Source: Epithemia pelagica (lineage: Eukaryota; Protista; Bacillariophyta). Taken from it: a stretch of 64,000 nucleotides of DNA. Position numbers and translations under genes: made by a program. The notes under the pieces were generated by a model. That model was not told the origin of the DNA, made no database searches, and was given only the letters and a program-made list of their open reading frames with translations. Location of the stretch: the NCBI GenBank assembly GCA_946965045.2, contig OX337229.1, positions 992,001-1,056,000 of the forward strand, read 5' to 3'. Shown piece by piece: positions 11,129-20,514 of this stretch (the stretch's first letter is position 1; the number at the start of each line of letters is the position of its first letter).

Positions 11129-11181
11129 TTTTTGTATCCATCGGATACAAAAAATGTATAAGATGTATCCGATGGATACAT
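11129..11181. promoter_or_regulatory. Two subterminal palindromes TGTATCC-N3-GGATACA
   Basis: TTTTTGTATCC-ATC-GGATACAAAAA (11129-11153, 11-bp arms) and ATGTATCC-GAT-GGATACAT (11163-11181). A one-mismatch copy lies at 15825-15841. Confidence 0.6.
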
Positions 11182-11277
11182 GGGTACAAAAAGGTACAAA
11201 CGAGATACGAAAAGCACAATCATCATCTTTTGGACACATCGCTTGGAAAGCAAACAAAAACCAACAAACAATCAAAC

Positions 11278-11973
11278 ATGCCTCCAATCAAGAAGGAAGG
11301 ATGGATTGATTGGCGGAAGAGCCCAGCTAGAGCGATGATCTTGCGGGATTTGGAGCCAGGAGGAATGCTTGATGGACTGAGCAATGTAGACGCCGTGGAA
11401 GCATTCAAGATCTACCGGCAGAAGCCGGAGTTCCAAGGTGTGGTCTTTGACCAATTCAAGGCAAGGCTGGCGGATCACTTGAAGCAGGCAGTGAAGGGAC
11501 GGAATATGGCCAAGCGCGATGACTTAGCCTGTCAGCATGACCGCAAGGTATTGCCACGGAAAAACAAGACGGCAGGAGGAGGAAAACAATTCGACAATCA
11601 TCCTGCAAAAGCAATGCTGCGAGCAGACATGGACCAAGGGCTCCATATAGAGTTGGGGCCATCAGGCCTCCACCAAAGCCGCACAATCTACAAAGAGTTC
11701 CCGTACAAAACTTTCAAGCACCACATTTACCAAGAGAAGCGAAGACGCAAGTTTCTACGGCATCTAGAACTTGAACGAGAAAAGAAGGTGGAAGTAAAGA
11801 AGAAAGAGACAAAAGAAGAAAAAAAGAAAAGGAAAAAGAAAGAAAAGGAAGAAGCTCAGAAGGGTGGGGTTGCCGAAGGGATAGGGATGCCACCAACAGT
11901 CAAGGCAGCAGCCACGAAGAGATCCAAGAAGGAGGCGTCATCAACAAATGCAACAACTAAAAGGAGGAAATAA
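11278..11973 (+). CDS. Transposon ORF A: basic protein with an internally duplicated helical domain and Lys-rich tail
   Basis: ATG at 11278 in AAAC context. Two related units: WRKSPARAMILRDLEPG...EFQGVVFDQFKARL and FDNHPAKAMLRADMDQG...EFPYKTFKHHIYQE. The tail is NLS-like. Confidence 0.75.
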   Translation: MPPIKKEGWIDWRKSPARAMILRDLEPGGMLDGLSNVDAVEAFKIYRQKPEFQGVVFDQFKARLADHLKQAVKGRNMAKRDDLACQHDRKVLPRKNKTAGGGKQFDNHPAKAMLRADMDQGLHIELGPSGLHQSRTIYKEFPYKTFKHHIYQEKRRRKFLRHLELEREKKVEVKKKETKEEKKKRKKKEKEEAQKGGVAEGIGMPPTVKAAATKRSKKEASSTNATTKRRK

Positions 11974-12078
11974 GCACAAATAATTAACTCCAAGCAAAGT
12001 AATTGTCCTCGGTCAATCTGGTAGTCCTATGGTTTAATTGTTCTCTACGGAATAGAAAGTTGGGTGAATTTGTTCTCG

Positions 12079-13005
12079 TCATGGATCAAACAGGTAAGAC
12101 ACACCGTTATCCAGTTCATACTGGATGGTGACTGCAATGGCACGAAAAGCCAAGCCATGCTGCTTATCGGTATGTCGCCATGTCTGGTTCATTGTCGCGT
12201 AGACTGACATCTTGCCGTTGAATGTCTCATGACGAAGTCGAATGCGGCTTTTGAGATTGTTTGCTAGCTTCGAGTCGTGTGGGTTGGGCCAAGCAACTTT
12301 CGTCTTGAACGCATCCTTAATGTAACCACGATCGCAGACGGCCAGCTTTCCGTTGCCGAGCCGCTCCAGCACTTGCGAGCGCTCTAGCATCTCTTTGTCA
12401 CCCATACCACCGCGCACTGGTCCAAAAATGTGGACGCACTGCTGGCGCTGCGCACAGAGGGTGATCTGGTATTTGAGACCTCCGTGAGCGTGTTTCTGCG
12501 TATAATTTCGCCGATCAAACGGAAGAAATTCCGTTGCATGAGGTCTCTCCCACGTTTTTTTATCCACACCGTCTATGGAAAGCGCGAGTTTTTCTGAGTC
12601 GGGATCGTTTAAATCGTTAGGCCAATAGATTACATGTTTGGCGAGGGCGGCAATGCGCTCAATCCAAATCCAGAGGTGCTTGCCCGAACAGTATTCGGCA
12701 CACATCGAAAACCGATCCCCCAGCTGATCCGCATTCCTCGTGTAGTTGAAAAGGAAGAAGTGAGCAACAAGAAACATCTTGAAGCCACGGTTGACCTCCT
12801 TCGTGGTCATCTTCAATTCCTCATCATCCAAACGATGCACCAAATCATACCACTGGGCTGCAAGAGCAAGAGGGTGAGATCCATAGTTCTTTTTAAATTT
12901 AGTTAGTTTTTTATCGTGCGTCCACTTCCTTTTTTCCACGCCGATGTCCAAGAACATCAACCCTTGCCGAAGCACCTGGCGTGGCCCCATCAGCTGTTGC
13001 TCCAT
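12079..13005 (-). CDS. DDE transposase, PIF/Harbinger-ISL2EU-like (DDE_Tnp_4-type)
   Basis: Putative catalytic triad in LSIDGVD, AVCDRGY and RLRHETFNGKM. Also YTQKHAHGGLKYQI and HIFGPVRGG. Frame is uninterrupted; likely start MEQQLM at 13005. Confidence 0.87.
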   Translation of the reverse strand: MEQQLMGPRQVLRQGLMFLDIGVEKRKWTHDKKLTKFKKNYGSHPLALAAQWYDLVHRLDDEELKMTTKEVNRGFKMFLVAHFFLFNYTRNADQLGDRFSMCAEYCSGKHLWIWIERIAALAKHVIYWPNDLNDPDSEKLALSIDGVDKKTWERPHATEFLPFDRRNYTQKHAHGGLKYQITLCAQRQQCVHIFGPVRGGMGDKEMLERSQVLERLGNGKLAVCDRGYIKDAFKTKVAWPNPHDSKLANNLKSRIRLRHETFNGKMSVYATMNQTWRHTDKQHGLAFRAIAVTIQYELDNGVSYLFDP

Positions 13006-13047
13006 GGCGGCTAAATTTTTGTGTGTTGGTGTGCACAATGTGGAGTA

Positions 13048-13156
13048 CAAGTATAGGAGTAGAGCTCGGAGCACAAGTATAGGAGTACAAGTAGAGCTCG
13101 TCTCGTGACAAATTTCTCAAGTATAGGAGTAGAGCTCGTCTCGTGACAAATTTCTC
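13048..13156. repeat. Compound short tandem repeats upstream of the transposase
   Basis: CAAGTATAGGAGTA occurs three times (13048, 13074, 13118). GTAGAGCTCGTCTCGTGACAAATTTCTC occurs twice (13091, 13129; 38-bp period). Confidence 0.85.
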
Positions 13157-13217
13157 TACCTACTACCTAATTGCATTGTTACTCGTCTCACATGAAAGAA
13201 GTCACGAATGTGACCAG

Positions 13218-13295
13218 ATTTGAACCCACGGAATGGTTTTGGAGGGCTTTGAAACCATTTGAACCCACGGAAAAGTTTTTGAGGGCTTTGAAAAC
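13218..13295. repeat. 39-bp tandem duplication in the divergent intergenic region
   Basis: ATTTGAACCCACGGAATGGTTTTGGAGGGCTTTGAAACC followed by ATTTGAACCCACGGAAAAGTTTTTGAGGGCTTTGAAAAC. Confidence 0.85.
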
Positions 13296-13441
13296 GCCTA
13301 AGTACATCTTATTAGAACATTACCTGACGTATGTTTCTCTTTTTTTATCACACTTGATTGTTGTTTGATTCTTGTGACACGGAGTAGAACACACGAGCAC
13401 CAACTCCTCTGTGTGCAACAAAGAGGCTACAAAAACAGATC

Positions 13442-15001
13442 ATGAACGAAACAAGCTCACAATCAAAGCCACCAGCAGACGAGGAAGCATCTGCAGGCAC
13501 CAGGCCACCGCCTCTTCCTCCCTTGAGCCACTTCCTCAACGTCCTTTTGCTCAAGGACATTGAAGATTCCAACACCCCACGGCAACAGATCGACCTCACC
13601 GCCATCTGCAACGCTCGCGAAGACGCTTTTGGTGCTCGTGGTAGCACAACTCGCCGACAAGTCCAGCTCCGTTGGCAGAAGCTGAAGAACCGTGGAATCA
13701 AGAGCTACGTCCGCCTCTTGGAACAATACGGAGTCAAACCGGGCCTGGCCACCCAAGTCGAGTTAGACGCACCCACGGACCAAGACACCGCTACCACCAC
13801 CACCGAAGCCGCAAACCAATCGACGAAGACAACAACCAAAACCGACGAATCCGTCGCCCAAGCCACCAAGAAAAGGTCCCACAGTTCCAAGTCGAAGAAG
13901 AACAAGAAGATGGGGAAGTCCGGCGACGACTCTGCAACAGTCCCTTCAACTGTTGAAATGGTGGAGGAGCAGGAACAAGAAGAGAGTGACGATGAATCCT
14001 CTGTCTCGTCGTCGTCCAGTTCGGACTCCAGTAATAGCAGCAGCGACGACTCATCTGCCAAAAAGAAGAAAAAGAAATCCAGAAAGAAATCAAGGAAGCA
14101 TATCAAAAAGAAGAAAAGTAAGAAGAGTAGCCGCAGCGTCAGGTCGAGTCGCAGCAAGAAGCAAGCTGAGGAGAGCAATGGCGACAAGAAGCCTGCAGCA
14201 CGAGGCAACGCACAGTCCTCGATGAACTTTATGTCTCCTCCTCGCGTCTCCTCCCGTGCCAGTGCCAACGACAACGAGAGCACCTACACCTTTGGCGAGA
14301 CAACAAGTAATCTTGGTACTGGGAGTTTGGTCAACAATGGGGCTCTCCCATACCACCACTACTGCAACCAGCAAGGAACCATGAAGCAGCCATGGATTGT
14401 CATTGTGGATTACAACCGCCCGGAACGCAACATGGGTTTCGACATTCAGTGGATTGAAGGCATCCCCCACATGGGCTGGAAGCGAGACGGGTATCACATT
14501 CGTCGAGCGATTTGTCCGCTTGATATTGACAAATGGGAAGCAACGATTCCAGAGACTTCTGGGGGACTCGGACCTGCGTTCGATGACCGTTTGGTTCTTG
14601 TCAAGGGCCCTTCCCAAGACTACTGGTTTCGGGATACAAACCTCTACCACTTCGGGCCCAAGGAAAAGATGCGCGTTAACTGTAAAGTCACTGCTGACGC
14701 ACACCAGATGACCCAGACTGCTATCACGGCTGACAAAAAATCCGATTCCAACATACGCATGTGGGTTTATTACCTCCTCATCTTTCCCCCAGCCCCTAAC
14801 AGGAAGTTGGCCAATCAGATTTTCTCCCATGACGAAGATATTGTGCCGAAGAAAACCGTGCCTCTCAAAGTGGATAAAAACCACAAGGACAATGACATCG
14901 AGAAAGATGTGTATGGTATTGTCATGTACTGGAGGATTGCGGTTCGTGGTGGCGTCAAAATTACCGAGATTGAACAGAAAAAAGAGAGCCTTTATGATTA
15001 G
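13442..15001 (+). CDS. Transposon ORF C: N-terminal Myb/SANT/trihelix-like helical domain, Ser/Lys-rich linker and C-terminal globular domain
   Basis: 519 aa, intact. The helical block LLLKDIED..DLTAICN..FGARGSTTRRQVQLRWQKLK..YVRLLEQYGV fits the position and character of the Harbinger accessory DNA-binding protein (inference). Confidence 0.7.
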   Translation: MNETSSQSKPPADEEASAGTRPPPLPPLSHFLNVLLLKDIEDSNTPRQQIDLTAICNAREDAFGARGSTTRRQVQLRWQKLKNRGIKSYVRLLEQYGVKPGLATQVELDAPTDQDTATTTTEAANQSTKTTTKTDESVAQATKKRSHSSKSKKNKKMGKSGDDSATVPSTVEMVEEQEQEESDDESSVSSSSSSDSSNSSSDDSSAKKKKKKSRKKSRKHIKKKKSKKSSRSVRSSRSKKQAEESNGDKKPAARGNAQSSMNFMSPPRVSSRASANDNESTYTFGETTSNLGTGSLVNNGALPYHHYCNQQGTMKQPWIVIVDYNRPERNMGFDIQWIEGIPHMGWKRDGYHIRRAICPLDIDKWEATIPETSGGLGPAFDDRLVLVKGPSQDYWFRDTNLYHFGPKEKMRVNCKVTADAHQMTQTAITADKKSDSNIRMWVYYLLIFPPAPNRKLANQIFSHDEDIVPKKTVPLKVDKNHKDNDIEKDVYGIVMYWRIAVRGGVKITEIEQKKESLYD

Positions 15002-15112
15002 AGGCGTAGCAACAAAACGAAAGAAGAACGAAAAGAGAGATACATGATTAGGAGAAATAAGAACTACTAGTGAAACTGTGATTGCATGAATGCATTCTAC
15101 TTCTATGAGTTC

Positions 15113-15544
15113 TTATTTTTTCTTGAAGATGACACGGCGCCAATACTGCTTCTCCACAGGCTTGTCATTCTGGACCTGCATTGCTTCGCGCAGCTTCAAC
15201 AAAAATATCTTGCTGATCTGTTCTCCCCCTTCACCCTTGTAATCAACCGACTCAAACTCTGCCAACTTCTTAGTGAGCTTCCTCATGAGCTCAGCAACAT
15301 CAGAGTACTGGAGCATGATAGCCTCTTCGTAGGATTTTGGCTCTTTCTCGAAATCGGTCTCGAGAGCAAGATTCTCGTGACGGACATAGGTTGCTTTTTC
15401 CGACCCATCCTTCATCTTGATTACAACGTGCGTGTAGTGATCCGTGCAGGTTTTTTTCTTGTTAACCCATCCTCTCTTGCCCCTGTACTTCCCTCCAACG
15501 AAGCGGACGGCAATTCCTTTCTCCACTTTCTTGTTGTCCGACAT
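15113..15544 (-). CDS. Transposon ORF D: small basic protein with a KOW-like motif
   Basis: 143 aa from MSDNKK. AVRFVGGKYRGKRGWV resembles a KOW motif and is followed by beta strands and a helical C-terminus. Confidence 0.65.
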   Translation of the reverse strand: MSDNKKVEKGIAVRFVGGKYRGKRGWVNKKKTCTDHYTHVVIKMKDGSEKATYVRHENLALETDFEKEPKSYEEAIMLQYSDVAELMRKLTKKLAEFESVDYKGEGGEQISKIFLLKLREAMQVQNDKPVEKQYWRRVIFKKK

Positions 15545-16036
15545 GATCCCAAACGCAACAAAATGATCCCAGAAGCAACAAAAGGATACAGAACAATTCA
15601 AGCCTCATAAACCAAGCAATGAGCTAGTTATGGGATGAATGTTTCGTTTGGTTGTTGTATGTGTTGTTGTCGATGGACGGGGATCGCTCATTGGGTTGGC
15701 AATGTGTGTGTTTTCTCGCCATGGTGCTAATGGTGACATGGTTACAACTGGGGGCAAAGGGGATACAATTCGTTCAAAAGGGTACATAGTTCATCCTTCG
15801 CCGAATGTACCCCAGATTTGGTCCTGTATCCGATTGATACAAAGGGATACACATTTTTCATCAAATTTGTTAAATAAGGACCTAACGGTTGACTCACACG
15901 TGTCCATGTTGATTACTTAGACATTTTGTTTTAAATGAGATTTTTATTTATTCTTGGTGGTCGCGGTCATGTTTTCTACCGGACTGCCGGCGCGCGACCA
16001 CTTCTTTCGCCACCTAGCCCACAGACGATTTTTGTT

Positions 16037-16063
16037 CCTAGGCTACGAATATCGGTGGTGTTC
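16037..16063 (-). repeat. Right terminal inverted repeat
   Basis: CCTAGGCTACGAATATCGGTGGTGTTC, followed by CTG at 16064-16066. Confidence 0.88.
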
Positions 16064-16829
16064 CTGGGCAAGGGGGCTGAACGGGAAAGTCTTTCGATCT
16101 TTCCAGTGTCGACCCCCAAAGAGGATGAAAAGGCTCGCCCTCTCTTCTTACTCTTGAATCTGCCAGTTCGTGCTGTTTGTTAACAGGGCGTCGTGCGCGC
16201 GCGGAGAATGGACAAAAGAGCGATTTCAAGACTTGGCACATCTATTTAAGCCTTCTCCCATTTCCGGAGGCCCAATCCTCTATTCCTCAGCACTCCGCAC
16301 CATCGATATTTTGTCAGAAAAAAACGAAAAATCAGTCACAAAACAATCGTAGCACGTACAAAGCTACTCGTCCTGCGAAGGTAGAGAGCAGAAAAAAGAA
16401 AAACAATGACTGAACGGTGTCTTGGGGTTATCAAAGGAAATCTATTTGCCATGTGGTAGGGGAATACCCAATAAATATCATCGGACCTGATCCTTTCCAT
16501 CAGTCATTGTGTGACTTTTGTTCGTGATCGTTGCTCCCGAACTTGTGCGCAATAATCGAACGTTCGTCACGTCCATCAGCCCAACCGCTCTATTGGGGTG
16601 AGTGATAAATATGCCCCAGAATTGCTGAATTGACAACTCCCCCGCCCCTATAGGGTCATAAAAGTTAAAGATTGTCCCTACACATTGCACAATAAACAAC
16701 GACACCGTGGACCCTGATCCTGATCCGCTCCTCCCTCCTCTTGGAACCTCGTGTATTACTTGCGTCGAAGCCTACATCTCTCTCTCTCTCTCTGTCCTTC
16801 ATATTTGAGGCCCGACGTTAGGAATTACC

Positions 16830-18020
16830 ATGACGGCTTCACCAGTGTTAGTTTCTCAAGGGTTTTCGACCGATAGTTTGGATAAGGCAACAGCGCACAG
16901 CGGTCTGAGTTTATCGGACGATGGTGAAGAGGCCGACTACGGATTACCCAGCGATGTCGCAGAACGCCTCGTCAAACGAACTGAAATGAGAGTGCAACAA
17001 GTTCTATCACAATCACAGTTTGTACAAGACAACTGCCGGCTCTATGATATGCCAAGGTTCGAAAGAGAAGACATTGATATTGGTGAAATGATTGCATACG
17101 GTGGCTTTTCAAATGTTCACACAATCAAAGGCTTTCGATGCGAACACGAGCTGGAAAGTGATCGAGAATACATTATAAAGAATCTGAACCCAAAGCTTGC
17201 TTTCAATCCGAAAAAGCTTGTTGTGGGAGCGAAAGACTTGGTCATGGAAGCACACTTTCTTTCTTCATTAGACCACAGAAACATTATCGAACTAAAGGGA
17301 TGGTCAGCAGCAGGTATCGCTGGCTTCTCTGAAACTGGACGCGCCGATGGTTTTTTCCTTGTCTTTGATCGCCTGAAAGAGACATTATCCAAGCGTATTG
17401 CCACATGGAGAGACCGGGCCAAAGAAACCAAGAAGGGAACCATTATGAAGTCAAGAACATCTCTGAGAATGCAGCTCTTTGCTGAACGTATCCAAGTGGC
17501 GATTGATATTGCGGATGCGGTCCAGTATATGCACAGCAAAAGAATTATTTACCGTGACCTCAAGCCCGCTAATATTGGTTTTGATGGCGATGACACTGTG
17601 AAGTTGTTTGATTTTGGACTGGCTGTTGAATTGCCCGAAGGCAGCGATCCCAATTCCACGTTTAACTTGGCTGGCAACACAGGTACAAGTAGATACATGG
17701 CCGTAGAAGTCATCCGGAAACATCCCTACAACGTCAAAGCCGATGTATTTTCGTATTCCATTTTGCTCTGGGAAATCATGGCTCTGTGCAAACCATATGA
17801 TGGCTTGGTGGGTCAACAAGTCAAGGAATGCGTGAGTGTGTTTGGAGAACGACCCGCTATCCCTCGCACATGGCCAACTACACTACGGCGTATTCTCCGA
17901 AGAGGATGGTGCGAAAACCTGCTGGATCGTCCATTTATTGCGGAAGTAATGGATGTTCTCGTCAAGTTACACGAAGCAAGCACCAAGCCCAAACTTTTCA
18001 GTAGTGGCGCCAGCAAGTAA
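16830..18020 (+). CDS. Tyrosine-kinase-like (TKL) Ser/Thr protein kinase
   Basis: IAYGGFSNV, YIIKNL, IIYRDLKPANIGFD, KLFDFGLA, GTSRYMAVE and DVFSYSILLWE. Confidence 0.93.
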   Translation: MTASPVLVSQGFSTDSLDKATAHSGLSLSDDGEEADYGLPSDVAERLVKRTEMRVQQVLSQSQFVQDNCRLYDMPRFEREDIDIGEMIAYGGFSNVHTIKGFRCEHELESDREYIIKNLNPKLAFNPKKLVVGAKDLVMEAHFLSSLDHRNIIELKGWSAAGIAGFSETGRADGFFLVFDRLKETLSKRIATWRDRAKETKKGTIMKSRTSLRMQLFAERIQVAIDIADAVQYMHSKRIIYRDLKPANIGFDGDDTVKLFDFGLAVELPEGSDPNSTFNLAGNTGTSRYMAVEVIRKHPYNVKADVFSYSILLWEIMALCKPYDGLVGQQVKECVSVFGERPAIPRTWPTTLRRILRRGWCENLLDRPFIAEVMDVLVKLHEASTKPKLFSSGASK

Positions 18021-18531
18021 AGAGATCGAAGCAGAACCTTGTCCTTTTCCCTTCTTTTTCGAAGACGTCTTCTTCTCTGTGATTGTCCAATCTATCAAGA
18101 TCGATTAGTCTCCATCGCTACATTGCACTGAATGGGAGAACAAAGATGTTCCATACCACTTAAACTGTCGTTCCACGACAAGGTCTTGGTTGAAACCAAT
18201 GTGCTCTTGTAAAACTAGTAGACTTCATTATATCCTTATAAACGGAAAACTTTTCCAATTGTTCGCTTATGTTTCTTATGATATGCTTCAGTGTAAAGGA
18301 CCTTTGGAAAGTCGCGGTATGGCATCAAATGACGACTACTAAAGAATGGCAATAGGTGTCAGGTGTCACGGAGCTGTCATAGGGCAATGTGCATTTGCCA
18401 TCCTTTTATCACTCAATCACATGCTCAAAACCATGTGTGGTGCAAGTCTTAGATTCGTCATTCGCATCGATTTCACCTCTTTTCGAGAAGAAGCAGATGG
18501 AAAGACATGAGAATCGGCAAACTACATTGAT

Positions 18532-20130
18532 TTAGGATAAACCAAAACGTGACGGAGAACAAAATTCATAGTCCCATTGTTCCATTGATGCTGTTTCGCC
18601 CTTTATTGCATAGTCGACCATCATCTGTCCCAAGGCCGGTACTTGCTTGAAGCCATGCCCCGAAAGGCCAGATACAGCAAAGACCCCTTGATAGGGCGAG
18701 CCGATGATAAAGTGCTTGTCGGGGGTCATGGTATACATGCATGGCTTTGCATCTACCAATTGGGGGCTGGTCGTCGTCTCAAATGGCCCCGTCGCTCCAT
18801 TCCTCCAAGAACGGGGATTGATGGTAGCTTGTGTAGCCAATCGTAGCTCGTCCCATTCTGTGGGAGAAAGAGTGATGGGATTCTTGGATGGATTGGACAG
18901 TGGATCGTCACGTCCATGAATCCCAATCTTGATCCATCCACGCATACTTGGATTTGTGTGACACACGTCTGCCGGAACACCATAGAGGGGCAAGGGATAT
19001 TGATTGGTCACCATGATCCATGTCGGCATTTGGTCATGACCAAATAAGAGTGGTGAACAAGGCTCGTCCTCCGTTCCGGTTTCAGAAGAGGTATCGATCC
19101 AGCCTTGCAACTGTCGATGTGGTTGCAAATAGGGTGCCCATTGGGGAATCAGTTGACTGGTCCAGGCACCCGCAGCCACTAGTAAGCACGGTGTCGTGAC
19201 GACCCATTCTTCCAACTCTGGTCGTCCGTGATCCGACGACTCGAGGTTGTTGGAATCTGCTGCCACCCATGCCTGCGTGCCTTGGTGTTGTCGAATACGT
19301 ACTTCCATCAAGGGTTGGCCACTGCTGGTTGTAGCTCCCGGTAGATAGTTCCATCCTACCACCTTGGCATGTTGCACAACGTCCACCGAGGAGGAGGAGG
19401 AAGAAGAAGATTGAAGAATTTGATGCCATGCCGTCTGCAAGATGGATTCAGGTCGCAAGTAACCACCTCTTGGTTCATAGAGACCCACCATCTGGTCACT
19501 ATCACCACTATTCGTATGTGGACCATATTGAAATTGAGGAAAGCGTTCTTGCAATGCAGAGGTACTGGTAAACTCTTGGACAGGGATTCCATGACGCTGG
19601 GCAGCCTCTAACGAATTGTGACAGAGACTCTGAGAGGACGATGACGACGATGATGAACCATGGAAATCTTGGGCTGGCTCCAACAACAAGGTTCCACATT
19701 CTTGGACGAGGGGTAGTTGCGTCAAGGATGCGACTGTACCCTTTAGTTTGCCACCGCTTTCGTCCGACTTTGATTCGCCGGTTGCCGATTGCTGTTGCTT
19801 TCGTTGTTCGTCCAAGGTTTTGAACTCTTGCAACGAATATTGTAACCATGGCACGTAGTTGACATGTTCAAAATAAGCTTGTCGATAGATGCGCGATTCT
19901 CCATGCGACGATCCCTTGTCATGACCTCCACCCGTAAACTGTTCAATGCCCAAGAATTTGCCTCCACCATCCGCATTCACCAATCCACGCAAGGCAAACG
20001 ACCCCACACCACCCAGACCAATCACAATCGCATCGTACCGATTGCTCGTAGTACTACGAGCACTGCCACTGCTGTAACAGCGAGTAACAGTCGTCGAAAC
20101 TGATCTTACTCGAGAGGACGAGAATACCAT
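18532..20130 (-). CDS. Sarcosine oxidase / PIPOX-like FAD-dependent oxidoreductase
   Basis: IVIGLGGVGS, GSSHGESRIYRQAY, CMYTMTPDKHFIIG (includes the covalent-FAD Cys motif) and GLSGHGFK. Possible N-terminal mitochondrial presequence. Confidence 0.88.
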   Translation of the reverse strand: MVFSSSRVRSVSTTVTRCYSSGSARSTTSNRYDAIVIGLGGVGSFALRGLVNADGGGKFLGIEQFTGGGHDKGSSHGESRIYRQAYFEHVNYVPWLQYSLQEFKTLDEQRKQQQSATGESKSDESGGKLKGTVASLTQLPLVQECGTLLLEPAQDFHGSSSSSSSSQSLCHNSLEAAQRHGIPVQEFTSTSALQERFPQFQYGPHTNSGDSDQMVGLYEPRGGYLRPESILQTAWHQILQSSSSSSSSVDVVQHAKVVGWNYLPGATTSSGQPLMEVRIRQHQGTQAWVAADSNNLESSDHGRPELEEWVVTTPCLLVAAGAWTSQLIPQWAPYLQPHRQLQGWIDTSSETGTEDEPCSPLLFGHDQMPTWIMVTNQYPLPLYGVPADVCHTNPSMRGWIKIGIHGRDDPLSNPSKNPITLSPTEWDELRLATQATINPRSWRNGATGPFETTTSPQLVDAKPCMYTMTPDKHFIIGSPYQGVFAVSGLSGHGFKQVPALGQMMVDYAIKGETASMEQWDYEFCSPSRFGLS

Positions 20131-20514
20131 TGCATAGTGCTTCGTCCTTGTGGGATCTTCTCACCATGGGTCGGAAGTCGGAAAAGAAAAAGAGAAGAGA
20201 AATGACAATCCCCCATGATCCCCCATGACCATCGGGTAGTTGGGTAGTTTGACCCGGAATCACACGGGCTCGAACTCGAAAGCCACGACCACAGAGCTAT
20301 GGCGCATTTGTAGGGCTACCTAGGTAGATAGCCGAGTCTCGGGGTCACTCTCGCAAAGTCTTTTCATTTCTTGTTTCGTGCGTGACGACAAAGAGAGGGG
20401 AAGACAAGACAACCAAAACCATCTCCGAGCCTTGAAGAGAGTCGTTTGTCCTGTCCAAACAACGAGAGACAGAGTTGATATCGTGAATAACATCATTGAA
20501 GAAAAGGCATCATC

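Larger units (their letters stand above)
10898..16063. mobile_element. Autonomous PIF/Harbinger-like (PHIS) DNA transposon, 5,166 bp, four ORFs
   Basis: 27-bp TIRs (24/27 identical, outer 15 bp perfect). CTG direct repeat immediately outside both ends (10895-10897 and 16064-16066). Internal DDE transposase ORF. Confidence 0.88.

Noticed and set aside
13048-13295. CRISPR-like array
   Set aside because: The repeats are tandem or interleaved without unique spacers, in a eukaryotic context with no cas genes.
13705-14884. Minus-strand ORFs of 192 and 264 aa inside the transposon
   Set aside because: Antisense to ORF C; their composition is explained by its codon repeats.
15086-15610. 174-aa plus-strand ORF
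   Set aside because: Antisense to ORF D, which has the better start context and motif.
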